64,000 bases of DNA, from positions 67,022,001 to 67,086,000 of the forward strand of contig CM060732.1 of NCBI GenBank assembly GCA_030704615.1, in the 5' to 3' direction. The DNA is from Takakia lepidozioides. Lineage: Eukaryota > Plantae > Bryophyta. Both the position numbers and the translations under genes were made by a program. Below, in pieces: positions 39,257-52,412 of the stretch; the first letter of the stretch is position 1, and each line of letters begins with the position of its first letter. Under the pieces are notes generated by a model that saw only the letters and a program-made list of their open reading frames with translations, had not been told where the DNA came from and made no database searches.

Positions 39257-40960
39257 ATGACAGGACTGTCGTCCAGTGGGGCGGAGAAGGTTGGGAGCAA
39301 GCCAGGTGAGAGGGCACTGCGTGATACTTCGGTCTACAGCCCTGTGCAGGTCAATCGACTGGAGTACAAGCCTAGCCTTCCCTCAGTGTTACAAGGTACT
39401 TTCAAGGTCGTTCATGGCCCTCCTTCCACAGCTGCTGGGAACCCTGAAGAAATAAAGCAGCTTTTCCCTTGTCTATATGGGCAACCTTCGGTGGAGCTGG
39501 TGGGTAGTGAAAGACCCACATATGATACTGATCAGAATCTAAAGATAGGAGTGGTTTTGTCTGGAGGGCAGGCGCCCGGAGGTCACAATGTGATCGCTGG
39601 AATCTTTGATTATTTGCAAGAGCATGCCAAGGGCAGTACTTTGTATGGATTCAAAGGAGGCCCTGCGGGCATCATGCGCTCTATAGTCGTTGAGATCACT
39701 GCTGAGTTTCTCTACCCCTTCCGAAACCAGGGTGGATTTGACATTATCTGCAGTGGCCGAGACAAGATTGAGACCCCAGAACAGTTCAAGCAAGCTGAGG
39801 ACACAGTCGTGAAGCTGGACTTGGATGGGTTGGTCGTTATCGGGGGAGATGACTCCAATACAAATGCTGCCCTTCTTGGTGAGTACTTTCGTTCGAGGAA
39901 GCTGAAGACCCGTGTAATTGGCTGTCCCAAGACCATCGACGGTGACCTCAAAAGCAAGCAGGTTCCAACAAGTTTCGGGTTCGACACAGCCTGCAAAGTC
40001 TATTCCGAGATGATTGGCAATATCATGGTGGACGCGCGATCTACTGGAAAATACTACCATTTCGTGCGGCTCATGGGGCGGGCGGCTTCTCACATTACCC
40101 TGGAGTGTGCCCTCCAGACCCATCCCAATGTGGCTATCATTGGTGAGGAGGTGAACTTGCGGAAGCAGACACTCCGGCAGGTGACGAATGGTATAGCGGA
40201 CGTGGTTTGCAGGAGAGCGCAGGAAGGTAAGCACTTCGGAGTCTTCCTCATACCAGAAGGTCTCATTGATTTCATTCCTGAAATTCAACATCTGATCGCA
40301 GAGCTGAATGAGATCCTGGCAACTGGTGGTTGTGATGAGGAGGGACACTGGAAATGCAATTTGACAGCCCCAAGCCGGGCCCTTTTTGACTCCCTGCCTC
40401 ACAGTATTCAAAGTGAGCTCTTGTTGGAGCGTGACCCACATGGCAACGTTCAAGTAGCAAGAATAGAAACAGAGAAGATGTTGATTTCCATGATCGAGAC
40501 TGAGCTCATGGCTAGGAAACATGAGGAGACCTTTGCAGGCCATTTCAAGGGTCAAGCCCACTTCTTTGGCTATGAAGGACGGTGTGGAATGCCCACAAAC
40601 TTTGACGCCACATACTGCTATGCCCTTGGATTTGTTGCTGGCGTTCTTTTGCGCACGGGCCAGACTGGCCTCATTGCATCTGTCAGAAATCTGACTGCAC
40701 CGGCCGAAGATTGGACTGTTGGAGGCACAGCTTTAACGGAGCTTATGGATGTCGAACGACGAAAGGGAAAGAACAAGCCTGTGATCAAGAAGGCCATGGT
40801 AGAGCTTGATGGTGCCCCATTCAAGCAGTTTGCCTCATTAAGGGATAGGTGGGCATTGGAGGATAACTATCTTAGCCCAGGGCCCATCCAGTTCTCAGGT
40901 CCTACTGCCAATGAAACCAATTATACGCTGATGCTTGAGCTTGGAGCTGTGGCCACTTGA
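39257..40960 (+). CDS. PFP-BETA: Pyrophosphate--fructose 6-phosphate 1-phosphotransferase subunit beta (567 aa), intronless
   Basis: Uninterrupted ORF with GVVLSGGQAPGGHNV, GGDDS, PKTIDGD, RLMGR, FGYEGR and SPGPIQF. GGDD and PKTIDGD are the PPi-type signatures, and the N-terminus SVYSPVQ..RL is plant beta-type. Confidence 0.96.
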   Translation: MTGLSSSGAEKVGSKPGERALRDTSVYSPVQVNRLEYKPSLPSVLQGTFKVVHGPPSTAAGNPEEIKQLFPCLYGQPSVELVGSERPTYDTDQNLKIGVVLSGGQAPGGHNVIAGIFDYLQEHAKGSTLYGFKGGPAGIMRSIVVEITAEFLYPFRNQGGFDIICSGRDKIETPEQFKQAEDTVVKLDLDGLVVIGGDDSNTNAALLGEYFRSRKLKTRVIGCPKTIDGDLKSKQVPTSFGFDTACKVYSEMIGNIMVDARSTGKYYHFVRLMGRAASHITLECALQTHPNVAIIGEEVNLRKQTLRQVTNGIADVVCRRAQEGKHFGVFLIPEGLIDFIPEIQHLIAELNEILATGGCDEEGHWKCNLTAPSRALFDSLPHSIQSELLLERDPHGNVQVARIETEKMLISMIETELMARKHEETFAGHFKGQAHFFGYEGRCGMPTNFDATYCYALGFVAGVLLRTGQTGLIASVRNLTAPAEDWTVGGTALTELMDVERRKGKNKPVIKKAMVELDGAPFKQFASLRDRWALEDNYLSPGPIQFSGPTANETNYTLMLELGAVAT

Positions 40961-41494
40961 ATCTAGGGCAAGTGTATGCCTGCAAGTTCAACCACCTCGG
41001 GGGTTTTGATTTTCAAAACTCTTTCCATTCAAATGGAAAGCTTTTCCATCCCCAGGGTAAACAGATTAGCATGTCTGTGCCTTGTTACATTTCCGATTCA
41101 AATGGGGTCATAAGTCTGATGGGAGTGACATTATTATTGACAATTCCCATAGTCACACTAGTCTACCTTACTGAGGATTTTTCCTCAAAGCTCACAGTTT
41201 GCAAGAAGATTCAAAGGCAACTCTGTGCCAGGGTCTTATGGATGTGTATGAGGTAGAAAGAGAGAGGCTTGCTGGGCAAAAGCTACAGGTTTGTGAAGGG
41301 AGACAACTGCTGCTGGAACCTAGTGGGTTGGAAGGAAGGCGAAGCCTTGATTATTATTGAAGCTGCGTGTGCTGGATGTGCAGCAATTTGGCTGTTGGGT
41401 ACTGTGTTTGGAGAAATTGCTCCTACATATTATCTCAGCTTACCTCTTCTCTCTCTTTCTTCCTTTCCAGACTCAGCATGCATGTGCAAAGTTT

Positions 41495-42090
41495 TTGGGC
41501 GTGTGCTTGTCAATTTGGTTTACCATGACAACGTGGTCCCCAGGATTAGTTCTCTTTTCTAAGGCAAAAACTTTGGTCCGCAACTTCCTTGGGGGGGCTT
41601 TGTCTCCAAATCACTCTAGACGAGCTTTGGTCTCTTGGAAACAATGTGGAGCACTGGTTTGGAGGTCTCCCCCTTCACCGAGGCTTTTGTGTAAGAATTA
41701 AAAAGAAGCATGGGGGCCTGGGCATCTTGGGTCCATAGATTCAATCTCTAGCCCTCATTGCTAAATGGATCCCCAGAGCTCTCAACCCGGTGCAGGGGCA
41801 TGGGCCGTGCCGATTAAAAACCAAATCTCCCTTTCTAGACCTAAATCTGACAAAGGGTGGGCACCCTCTCTTAGGTGGCTCAGGCAGGGGGATTGTAGCA
41901 CTTCCACTAAATTACCTTTGAACATCAACTCACTTGTAGTGGGCGAACATCCCACTTCCAGGCTCTTGTCCGAAACGAGTCTTTGATGTGTTGGTTTGGA
42001 CGAAACAGCTGAACTAGAGAGATTCTTCAACTTGCAGAACAACTGCACTAAATGAGTGCAAAATGGACTCCCTTTGCCCCAACTTCCCTC
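41495..42090 (+). mobile_element. Degenerate L1-type LINE ORF2 C-terminal fragment
   Basis: LVRNFL.G...ALVSWKQC...KKHGGLGI...ALIAKWIPR matches the post-RT motif of plant LINEs. Confidence 0.7.
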
Positions 42091-42510
42091 TACACGTCAA
42101 AATTTGTCAGAATTGAAAACCCACCCCAAAGAACGACGATAATAATACTTGTGCCCAAAACTGTCCGAAACCTTCTCTCTGATCATGGCCTGCTGCTTGT
42201 GTATGTTGTTTAAGTAGCTCGTGGTACATAGTTTGGTATCGTTTTGTGTGCTCTGTACCCCACATGAAATTTCTGTTAGAAGTATAAAGAAAGTCTACAA
42301 AGATGCCAGCTTCAAATCCTGATATTAGTTCACTTGTCGAGGACCGCCCCTTACAGGGAAGTGTAGATAGTCTTGTTCTTTTGATGAACTTCAATGTGCG
42401 AGGAGGGACCCTACCATAATTTCCTGAAAAATCTTCCAGTAAGAGAAGGAAGGATGCAGAGTTTAGAATAGAGCTGTATGCTCTGTCTTGGTTGACAAAG
42501 ACAGTTGCAC

Positions 42511-42807
42511 CACCCATCAATTCCTTTGAGTTTCATTCTTGCGAACGTACTCCTAAGGCAGGATACTCAACGCGTTAGCTGCAGCATTGCACGGGTCGAT
42601 ACGCACAGCCTAGAATCCATCGTTTACGGCTAGGACTACTGGGGGTATCCATCCCATTTGCTCCGCTCCCCAAGCTTTAGTCTTTGAGTGTCAATGGCGT
42701 CCCAACAGAGTGCTTTCGCTGTTGGTGTTCTTTCCTACTTCTACGCAACAGCTACTCCACCGGAAATTCCCTCTGCCCCTACCCTTTCCACCGCCTGTCC
42801 AAGGTTG
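42511..42807 (-). pseudogene. rrn16: Degraded plastid 16S rRNA fragment (NUPT)
   Basis: Contains tcaattcctttgagttt and ggactactgggg conserved sites plus plastid-like tgcacgggtcgatacgcacagc and ccggaaattccctctgcccctacc. Many substitutions and indels. Confidence 0.88.
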
Positions 42808-45139
42808 CCTCCATTGATTGAAGTTCTACTATTTTCCGCTCTTTTGTGTACGGATCACCACTGGATTATTGTGGATTGGTAACTGATGGGGTTCATAACA
42901 ACTGACACACCAACAAGCTGTGTTACATTCCATTTCCAATCACAAGGTTTGAATCTCAGACAGACCAGCAGTTCATTCACCGCACTCAGCCAATATAAAT
43001 TTCAAGGTGCCAAATCATTGAGAGATTAGTAAGCATCGTTGCCTTCAGGTATAGAATAATATTTCTTAAGGATTCATTTCCGACAACCATTGCAGTCAAG
43101 AAGCTCCCCAGTTTACAGTCAAACCTCTTGCTTTTATGTTGCCTCTTACTTTAAGAACATGCAAGCTCACTGAGGGTTGTAGATAAGGTTTCGCAATATT
43201 AAACAACAACGCTTCTTTCAGTACCTTGATGAGCCTCTTAAACTACTTTGTTTTATATTCTGCATGTACCAAAACTTGGTCGGTTGCCTTTCCGAAAAAT
43301 CACTGACATGTAGCTTGTTCAGATTTAGGAATGTGTCTAAAATGGGCAAGGCTGTGGGAAAGCTTGTTTCTAATTGGAAAGCCTGCTGGCACATGCACAT
43401 GGGAGAATGATTCTGTCTCCAATTTTCAGGACTGGACGTCTGGACCCCACAATGGGGCCTACTGGGCACATGGTGTGTACTCCGTAGAGTTCCGCTTCAT
43501 TCCATTACGATGGTAGCAGGTCTCGCGCACATCCAAGTTATCAGCTTATTACTATACAGCAGACATCTGTCTTTGTAAGAGGATACTGGAAGATTGTACC
43601 AATGTCAGAAGTGATGTGAGAAGAGAATTGGGTTGGATCACCCAGTGACTGCTACTGTGTGATCAGTGATGACGGCGCCGTCTTTCTTTCTCTCTCCGGC
43701 ATCTCCTTCGCCCGGGGCTGTAGACAGTCGGTCGAGGGGAGTCGGGACGCCGTGGTCTGATCACGTGATGTCGAATGATGCCTTTTACACCTTTCAAAAA
43801 GACGCGGATCCTGCCAATCCTGCAAGGTCGGGTCGAATTTTCTATCTTTTCTTAGATTCTTATCAAACGGTTTCTGACTTGCACCCATTTTCACGTGACT
43901 TGTAAGTTGTGTAGTCAAGTGAAGGATCAACACGTCCAGGGGTTATGGGTCTGCAACTATTCGCAAGGTTTCCGCGCCCCAATGACAATGAGAAAGCGAG
44001 CAAACCAGTGACCACTTTCAGTTGCGGGTCCAGGTGTTGACTCTCGAAGAAATTTGACTCTCGAAGTCAGAATCCCTTGCAGTTCCAGCCTGGTCATGAG
44101 CCGGTTTGATTCCCGACGATTCAAGCGTCCCGGGTTGAGCGAATACCTTCGTACATACAGATGGCAGCGAGATTTATCTCTGCAGTTATGTTAATCCACA
44201 CGTTGTACAGGGTGGAATTGTTTATACCGTATGGGAAGGACAAGCTGCATCTGTGCGGCCTAATAGTGGAGGAAGGACTCTAACAAATCCATAACCATGG
44301 ACTGACAGCTTATGTGATGCAATGAAGTGCAACAATGCATTTGTACATCAGAATAATCGAGTACGAACTTGTTAAATACCTGGACATGATTAAATAATTT
44401 AGCTCTCCAATGCATGTAACAATGTGCGAATCCATGTGTGCAGTGATAGTGAGAATCACGACGTCTTCATTATATATGCGTGCAGCTGCATAGGGCAAAG
44501 AGAATCCCAAGAAAACGGGGCATGCACACTCCTTCAAGACTTGCTTCGCTCGCGCGTTGGGCTATGACGTGGGACCTACTTGATCTCCAAATTGATCCAA
44601 ATTGATCCAAATTGATCATCCAGTTTGTCGCACGAGAGTTTTGCCTGGATCCCAAATTTGGACCGTGCTTGCAAGTTCTCTTGCATGGTGCCTCCATAGG
44701 ATTGCAGAACACTTCAGCTGGAGTCTGTGACTCGCTCTAAAAAAACTCAGTGATCATTGGCCAGTCTTACATTCGAAAAGTGCATCCACGCCACTCCAAC
44801 TATGTACTGCGAGACACAGGACATGCAGGGACACTTGTCCATCGCCATCTGCTAGGTAGCATCTGCTGGGAAAGTGTTCCCAAACTCTGCCCAGGATCTG
44901 TGCTATAAGTTCTGTCAAACCGACCAAAAAATAAGCTGTTTCTACTACATAGTTGAATGAGCCGATACGACTAGAGAGATAATTAATTCTGAGAGTGCCC
45001 TGCATGAGATATGTGGGACCGGTCCTCAAAATAGACGATGACAACCTCCAACATGCGAGATCTGCCACGTCTCATGGAAACCAGCTGGCCAGCTGCGTAA
45101 GCGCAGCTCCCTTCCCGCCTCCACACCTGATCTTATATC

Positions 45140-45875
45140 TGTAACAAACATTTTGCCCGTGTGAGCTACGAAACCAGTAGCATACTTCAATCTATACATC
45201 CACTAGGTACTTCAACAGTTACAGACAGATAGTTTGGGGTCCATGCAGACGCAACCGAGGGGGCCCACTCTTCTTGCACACTCTGCAACCCAAATGATGA
45301 AGGAAGGTGGGTGTGTAGTGTGCACTGCAACTCTGAACCATCTCCACAAGACTAAGCAATGGCAGGTCAACCAAATGAAACACGCACAAAACTGAGCGAG
45401 ATCAGCAACTGGTTAATGGTGCAGGGCAAGTCAAAGCATCCTTCAGGGTGCCAGTCTGCTCGGTCCGCTGTCTAGTCACGTCGGGCTACCGTGTAGCCAT
45501 CACATCGATAATTCCCGCACGCGCGAAGCATGGACGGTGGCTCTGTGGGTGTGATCGTATAAATAGTAGCTATCGCTCTGAATGCGGGCAAACGATATGG
45601 GATTATTCTAACCGTAAGGCACGCCAACCGAAGCTTGATATTTCTGTCCATAAAAGACAGGCAGCTGTACTATCTAGGTGGGTATATATGATAGGTGTTC
45701 GCCATGAATGTTCGAGATGTTGGAACGTTGGAACCTTCTGTTTGAAGGGCTGTGTGGATGGGGAAAGTTTGTAAGTTTATCAAAGCGTGCAAAAGTTTAT
45801 CAAGCGCTAGAAAAGTTCCATGGAAGCTCTAGAAAGTGGAAAGGGTTCCACCACGTTTCTTTGAAGGTATTTACA
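45140..45875 (-). repeat. Possible solo or partial LTR
   Basis: TGTAA...TTACA ends, a TATA-like box and aagttt/agaagc short repeats typical of U3. No matching TSD was found. Confidence 0.3.
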
Positions 45876-46344
45876 TTGTAGCACAAGTGGCCCCCATGAG
45901 AACATTAGAGGAGCATGTATGGCGCTTGTACAAAATACATAGTCAAAATGGCTGGCGATAATATGAGATTTTGAATGGGTGTTGGGTGAATGAACCTAAA
46001 ACCTGGTAGATTTGCTGAGGCGAACAATCCAGAATTGACATAGCAAATTTGAGGCTCTCAACATAGAGACTAGTAGAAATTATGGCAAACCCCACCAAAA
46101 AAATAAAAATTTAAACCACCATTCATAAGTACAAAACCTTAAATTGGCTTATATTGCATTTCAGTCAATCTACACTAAGTGACATATTTAAAAGACCCTG
46201 CCTAATGCTACATGGCACATAGAGAAGAAGTATCAATGTTTGCAAAGCTCTTGGAAATACAAATACAATTACCAAGTAACTTGGCTCATAAAGCTTGTAA
46301 ACAGTCATGAAGATTATATGTCACGACACATTACAGACGATGAG

Positions 46345-46540
46345 ACTAGCACCAGCCAAGAGACCAGCACCAATAGACCTGCCAAGGGAGCAACCAAGAG
46401 AGCAGCCCCAACAGACCAGCCAAGACACGTGCCAAGAGATCTGCCAAGGGAGCAGCCAAGAGAGCAGCCCCAACAAACCTGCCAAGAGACCAACAAGTGA
46501 CCTAAGACAACATGTCAAGAGACCAGGCAAGAGACCTAAG
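46345..46540. repeat. Short degenerate tandem repeats (gccaagrgarc units)
   Basis: Repeated cctgccaagggagcagccaagagagcagcccc and gaccagccaagagac. Confidence 0.7.
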
Positions 46541-46559
46541 CATCCTTAGATCTACGGGT

Positions 46560-49500
46560 CTTCATCTCCATCCAATCACTCATAGCCTCTTGATAAGGAA
46601 GCTATCTCTGTTGTAAAAATCTTGTACTACGTACGGACAGTTGTATTCAAGTGACCAACCAAACGATTACGTAGCTTGTTGTCGATGAATGCTAAAGTAC
46701 TGAACGTGCGTTCATCCTCAACATTGCCAAGGACCTGAACCACTGCAATTTCAGCAAGGTTCATGAATTCACCAAGGCGTTGAACAATGAGGCCATTTGT
46801 AGAGAGTTTCTGCCAGAGTTTTGTCACAAGGTTGATGTCGAAAGGCTCCTCCATGGCCTTCTTTGCCTGTGTTTTCATTATCAATTTAAAGAACGAAGTT
46901 TGCATTTCTAGCAAATTGCCATTGGAAATAGAAATCCAAGTACCTGCAGGTGTTACCTGCTTGGAAATACAATAAGCTCGTTTGATGACCACAATGTGTA
47001 GAGAAAATGTATCCTCACACTCGGGCTGCAGCCAATACTAGGGGTCCACCACACCAAAAGCATTCATGATCTCAGAATCTGGAAACTTTTTCTCAAGCTC
47101 ACTGATAAAAAGGTTTGCTGCCATTGTACATTGTCCCTTGATGCCTGCAACATGCTGAACAAAGTCTTCCCTATCCACTGCACGAGGCTGCCCAGTCAAC
47201 GGTGACATAGAATGGCTCATGTAAGATTGTCCCATGATGGAAAATGCCAATGTGTCATTGCCGTTGTTCAGATCAGTAACCCAATGTTGAGTGATTCTAC
47301 AAGAAGAATTCGAGACCACATCATTGAAGTATAGGAAGTCCTCAGGCTGAAAAGCAGTTGCTGGATCTGAATACATCCTATAGACACTGGCTTCACATAT
47401 CTTGACAGCGGCGACAAAATCACAAATGAACACATCCCGTGATTGAGCAAAATTGATGAGAGAATTGACAGCCTCCAACAAACACTGCAGGAAAAGGGGG
47501 GGGGGGTTGCGACGCCGCGACATCGTAAAACAGCCCTTTCGGGTAGGGGAAAAAACCCAAATTTGCGACGTCCGGGCGTCGCACGCCCGTCGCAAGGGCG
47601 TCGCCAAAAAAACGTCGTAAATTTGCGACCAATGGGGGTCGCAAATAGGCGAAACAGCGATTTGCGACGCCCAGGCGTTGAAGAAAAGAAAAGAAAAAAC
47701 CTACTTTGCAATGCAGAATTAGCACCGTCCGGGGGTCGCAAAGTGCGACGCCCGGACGTCACAATTTAAGGGGAAGCATTTGAATTTAGGCGGGGAAATT
47801 TGAATTTGAATTTTGAATTTCAAAAACTTGTTGACCATTGACTCCGGCGTTAACCATTGACTCCGGTTCTCTCTAATGACGATATGTTCATTGTTCTACA
47901 TACATCATGCAATGCAATGCATACTTGAACCTAAGACCTCCACGTTATAACATTTCTAAGACAATACAAACTAACCAACACACCTATGATACATCTATGT
48001 ATTACAAAAGCAATCTAAATATATATATACACATATAAAGATTTCCTTCAAGAGCCTTCAAGTTCCTTCTAAGGGGGTCTCTCTTGTGACGCCGGGGAGT
48101 TGCAACCTCCACAGCCTTAGTGCCCAGCCCTAGCCCCAGCCCCAGCCCTAGTATCGTCGCCGTTGTTGCACCCCCCACCGCTAGACGCCCTAAGCGACGT
48201 CCTTGTGATGACCTAACCTGACCACAACACCATTGCGACCCCCTGTGCCGACGCCATTGCGACCCCCTGACGTCGCAACTTTGGGCGTCCCAGCGCAAGG
48301 CCCCCAAGCGACCCTTTTGTAAAGTTGAGGGCCGCAAAATCCAAAAATAAATAAATAAATAAAATTCTGACGCCCCGGCGTCGGAAGAAAAACAAAACCG
48401 TCAAAGCGAGGGCCCTCTTTCCCCCTTCATGCCACCTTACGACGGCTGGGCGTCGTAATGGTGTCGCAGCGGGGGATTGCGACGCCGGGGTGTTGCAAAC
48501 AAACGTCACGGGCTCGGCGTCGTAGGCTCGACGTCGCAGGCTCAGCGCCGCGCGGGGCGTGGGGGCGCGGCTGGCGTCGCAAACCCCCCCCCATTTGCTG
48601 TAGTGAAAAGCAAAACACATGGCAAACCCAATATGGTTTGAATGTCACACAAATTATCCAGATTTGCCCTCGCTGCTCCAACTGAACCACTGTCAAGTGA
48701 CATTTTAACAATCAAGGTTTTGTACTCTCCCAATATCCTTTTCAAGGGCTCTAGCATGCTAATCCACCTTGTCTTCACATTCCTCAATATCTTCTGTTTC
48801 CACGATATCAGTGAGCTTAATAAATATGACGCTTGGGAGAGGTGGAGAAATACCCATACAATGATTGGAGGAGATCCTCCAACTTAGAAACCATTGGTAG
48901 AATAGACAATGTTTGCACAGCCAAGTTTGTGCAATGAGCCATACAATGGACGCCAATCTTGTAGGGTGCATGTTGATCCCTAAGCTGCACAGTCACTTCC
49001 GTGCGGATACCTTGGAAAACTGAGACCCCATCTGCTCCCATGCACACAAGCCGCTCAATAATTTGTTGCTCAGACAAGCCACCAATGTCATTAGGGCACC
49101 CACCATCATCCACTTGAGGTTATCAGCATTACTCCCTTCAAGAACACATTCAAGTGTCAGTAGGATTGGAATCCGTCTCCAGTTCTGAACCACATATGTA
49201 TGAACAGATAACCAACTTTGGTTATCAATGGTCGTAACCTCATCAACACTTATGGAGATGAACTTAGAAGTCCCCCACAGCTTCTATAGTGGCCCTCAAA
49301 ACAACCTGGTGCATAGAATCAGCCATTTCCCACCCTAAATAGTTAGACCAATGCTTAGCAGGATTGTGAGGTACCTTCAAGAATGAAGACAAACCCTGCA
49401 TGGCTTCATAATCTGTCATAGGATGACCTTGAGCAAGGAGGTGGAAAACAAGGGCAAACTAGACAAGTTGTTTCTTCATATTCACAGTCATACCCTGTTG

Positions 49501-50235
49501 TACCTGCTGTATCACTGAATAACGACCTGCAACAGCAGAGAATCTTTCATTTTGCAGATGCACATTGGTTTTCAAAAAGTAATGTTGTCATACTGCCACA
49601 CCAGGCATGGCCACATGAGCCTTGCGTCGACCTGCATGCTTCCACAATGAATCCAGTTTAGGAACTAGTAACTTCTCTTTAAATTATCCTCAATGTGTGT
49701 GCAGACTTTGCACCGCACTCTATGAATCTTTCTATATGCCCCAACAACAGATTCGGCCTAGGGTAGTTTGGCAGCCCAAGTATCCTGAAAATGACAGTTC
49801 TTGTTGTAGACCTTATCACATTTCCTTGCCACCTCAAGGGAGGCTTGAGCCACTGCTGGATCCAAAAGCATGGCCTCAGGCTCGGGCACAACATTACTGG
49901 ACGAAACAATATTTGTTGCAAGAACTCTGTCGCTAAAAAAATACTTGTATTTGAAGTTTTGGCACTCTTAGGGGAGCCATGAGACACAGACAACAACAAT
50001 GAGAAGTAGACCTCACAAAGACAAAGCAGCATATGCACGAACCACATAAACTCTCAAATCTGTTTATAACATGCAATGAATCAAAGAGTGAGGTGAGGCT
50101 CCTCCCTCCTCCATTGTCTTGTATGGTAGTGTCCTCCATTACAATGACGCATCGATCCTGACCATGGCATCTCCCCAAACAGACCAACATGTATCATAGT
50201 AAAGGAGTTGTCGATGCATTGCGGCTTCTTCCATT
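46560..50235 (-). pseudogene. hAT transposase (ZNF862/DUF4371-like), degenerate
   Basis: VRCKVC zinc finger, GADGVSVFQG, HCMAHCTNL, KTRWISM and VEDERTFSTL...KLRNRL dimerisation motif. The frame is restored (LPCVLLLLEAVN) when the CACTA insertion is removed. Confidence 0.85.
47483..48605. mobile_element. Non-autonomous CACTA element (1123 bp)
   Basis: Imperfect ~33-bp TIR CACT(G/A)CAG...GGGGGGTTGCGACGCC, 3-bp TSD AAA and many tgcgacg subterminal repeats. Confidence 0.9.
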
Positions 50236-50689
50236 ACTTCGAGCACGGAATCTGTACAGTTGCCGCCTTAGGTCTATTCAATCGCAGCCTTCGCCTTAGC
50301 TCTCGTCAATCGCAGCCTTGAGTGATTACTGATACTAACATAAAGTGCCTGTGAAGCACGCTTTTCAACTTGCAAGAGCCCTAAGGCCTAAGGAGATTAA
50401 AGAAAAAAAATGAATGAATGAAAGAAGATGTGTGTTCGTAAACTTACTGACATGTGTCCTTTCATCCCCAAAAAAATGAATAAGTGACATTCTCATTCTG
50501 TTTTTGTAAACCTCTGCCATCCTTTTGATTATCATCCTCCTCTACAGTCACATTTTTGCCCTCCTCCGCGGCTACATTTTTCATATTTAAGAACTTTATC
50601 ATCCAAACCAGGTTGTTATCGAAAAAACACTGAGATGTTAGGAATTGAACACCAAATCGAATGGCTATCAAGGGAGTTCTCTAATGCTA

Positions 50690-51619
50690 TGTCAAGGACG
50701 AGAACATGACTGAACACAAACAAGAGATCAAACTAGAGGTACAAGACTAGACAAGAAATCAAGGCCGGCGTGGCCGAATGCATGATGGATAAACAAGAAT
50801 CAAGATGAACTTTATAACAAGGGACAAGAGTACAAGATACTGGAACTCGACTTGAATACTATAGAGTGCCAGATACTGGAAACTGGGCTAGAGTACTGGA
50901 AGCTAAACTGGGTACTGGGACTGGGAACAAAAGTAGTTTGAACTTGTGTTGGCGAGACTGAAGAGTGTCCAGTCTTGCCTCATATATACTGGCTACTAGG
51001 AAGTTCCCTAAGAAGCTTTCCCAATGGAGGTTTCTTGATGGAGAAGTTTCTTCTAAAAGAAGCTTCATGAGCAGTTTCCCAAGTTAGTCTTGGTAATTTG
51101 ATAAACTCCTGGTAACTTGGTAACTCATGGTACATCATGATAAATCACGGTAAATCATGATAATTTTCGGTAACTTGATAACTTGATAACTTCTGGTATT
51201 TACTCCTGGTAAGTTTATCTGGGCTATGTCTGTGACATCACCCCCTCCTCTAGCGCCGAGTTCCTTGAGGAGCGGTAAAATCTTGGACTTGCTTAGAATT
51301 AGAGAAAATCCAAAATCCGACGAAATGTATTTGTCAAGTATTCGGCTCTTCGTTCTTGACTCAAATGATTTATAGGTTTCTGCAACCATCGATAATGTCC
51401 AACACATTGAACTTGTGACCACGTAGTGATTTGAGCATTCTGATTTTCGAAGTTGTCTTCAAACATGATTTCGTTGGCCTCTGGGTCCGAAGCCTCAATC
51501 TCCAACAGGATTATCAGACTACGAGTAAGTTTCACTTGCCGTCGTACGGGGTCCAGACGAGGAAGTATTCGTCGCATTGGTGGCCCATCGTCTCGAGAGC
51601 GTCGGCGTGATGTTGAAGG
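50690..51619 (-). mobile_element. Family B 3' LTR (50690-51237) with PPT and part of the 3' region
   Basis: LTR homologous to 5089-5720. PPT AGAGGAGGGGGTGA lies immediately before TGTCAC on the minus strand. The sequence continues at 61025-61230 beyond the hAT insertion. Confidence 0.9.
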
Positions 51620-51855
51620 CAGGGTTGCACACGTCAGTGATGTCACGTCACGTCACGTCGGACCTGACGCTGACGCGACCAACGTCACGTCAGTTTTGCC
51701 GAAAAATCAGTAAAACATGAGTTAGGTGAAAAATATGTCACGTAGGTGGACACGTTGTATTCCAAGCGACACCTTGGCAAGTGAACGAATTGTTTTATAA
51801 ATTACTTCATCCGCCAATAGTTGAGGTCATTTTTAAATCATTATTGTCAAATTGG

Positions 51856-52412
51856 TGCGACCTCCAAATGGTGGTGGTTGCAGAATTTATCTTATTTTTT
51901 AATAGTTGCGACCACCAGCAGAGGGGTTGTCGCAGCATTTTTTGTTTTTTAAAAATAGATGCGACCACAAGCAGGGGTGGTCACATTTTTTTCTTTTCTT
52001 AAATAGTTGCGACCACCGCTACTGGTGGTCGCACAATTTTTATTTTATTTGTAATAGGTGCGACCACCATCAGGGGGTGGTCGCAACATTTTTGTATTTT
52101 TTAATATCTGCGACCACCAGCATGGGCGTGGTTGCAGAAATTTTCTATTTGTTTAATAGGTGCGACCACTAGCAGGGGGGTGGTCGCATAAATTTTCTGT
52201 TTTTTTAATAGGTGCGACCACCAGCAGGAGGGTGGTCGCAACAATTTTTTTTTTTTTTTTTGTTTTCTTAAATAATCTCTGTGACCACGAGCATGGGGGT
52301 AGTCGCAGCATTTTTATTTTTTTGAATAGGTGCGTCCACCAGCATGAGGGTGGTCGCACAGTGTTTTTTTTTAAATAACATGCGACTTCCTCGTGCGACC
52401 TGGAGCGGTCGC
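51856..52412. repeat. Palindrome array 1: ~11 copies of TGCGACCACC-N7-GGTGGTCGCA, ~51-bp period
   Basis: Units near 51856, 51907, 51960, 52008, 52059, 52109, 52161, 52213, 52280, 52331 and 52394, with T/A-rich spacers. TATATAAG follows at 52461. Confidence 0.9.

Noticed and set aside
39539-40561. 340-aa antisense ORF
   Set aside because: It is a shadow frame of the conserved PFP-beta CDS and has no recognisable motifs.
39257-40960. Bacterial horizontal transfer as the reason for no introns
   Set aside because: The protein has the plant beta-subunit N-terminus and length; a phylogeny would be needed to reopen this.
42511-42807. Functional rRNA gene
   Set aside because: It is only ~300 bp, with indels in conserved helices.
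51856-52412. CRISPR-like appearance of palindromic repeats with spacers (also 5929-6525 and 56051-56759)
   Set aside because: The repeats are degenerate, the spacers are low-complexity A/T tracts, there are no cas genes, and the context is a eukaryotic transposon.
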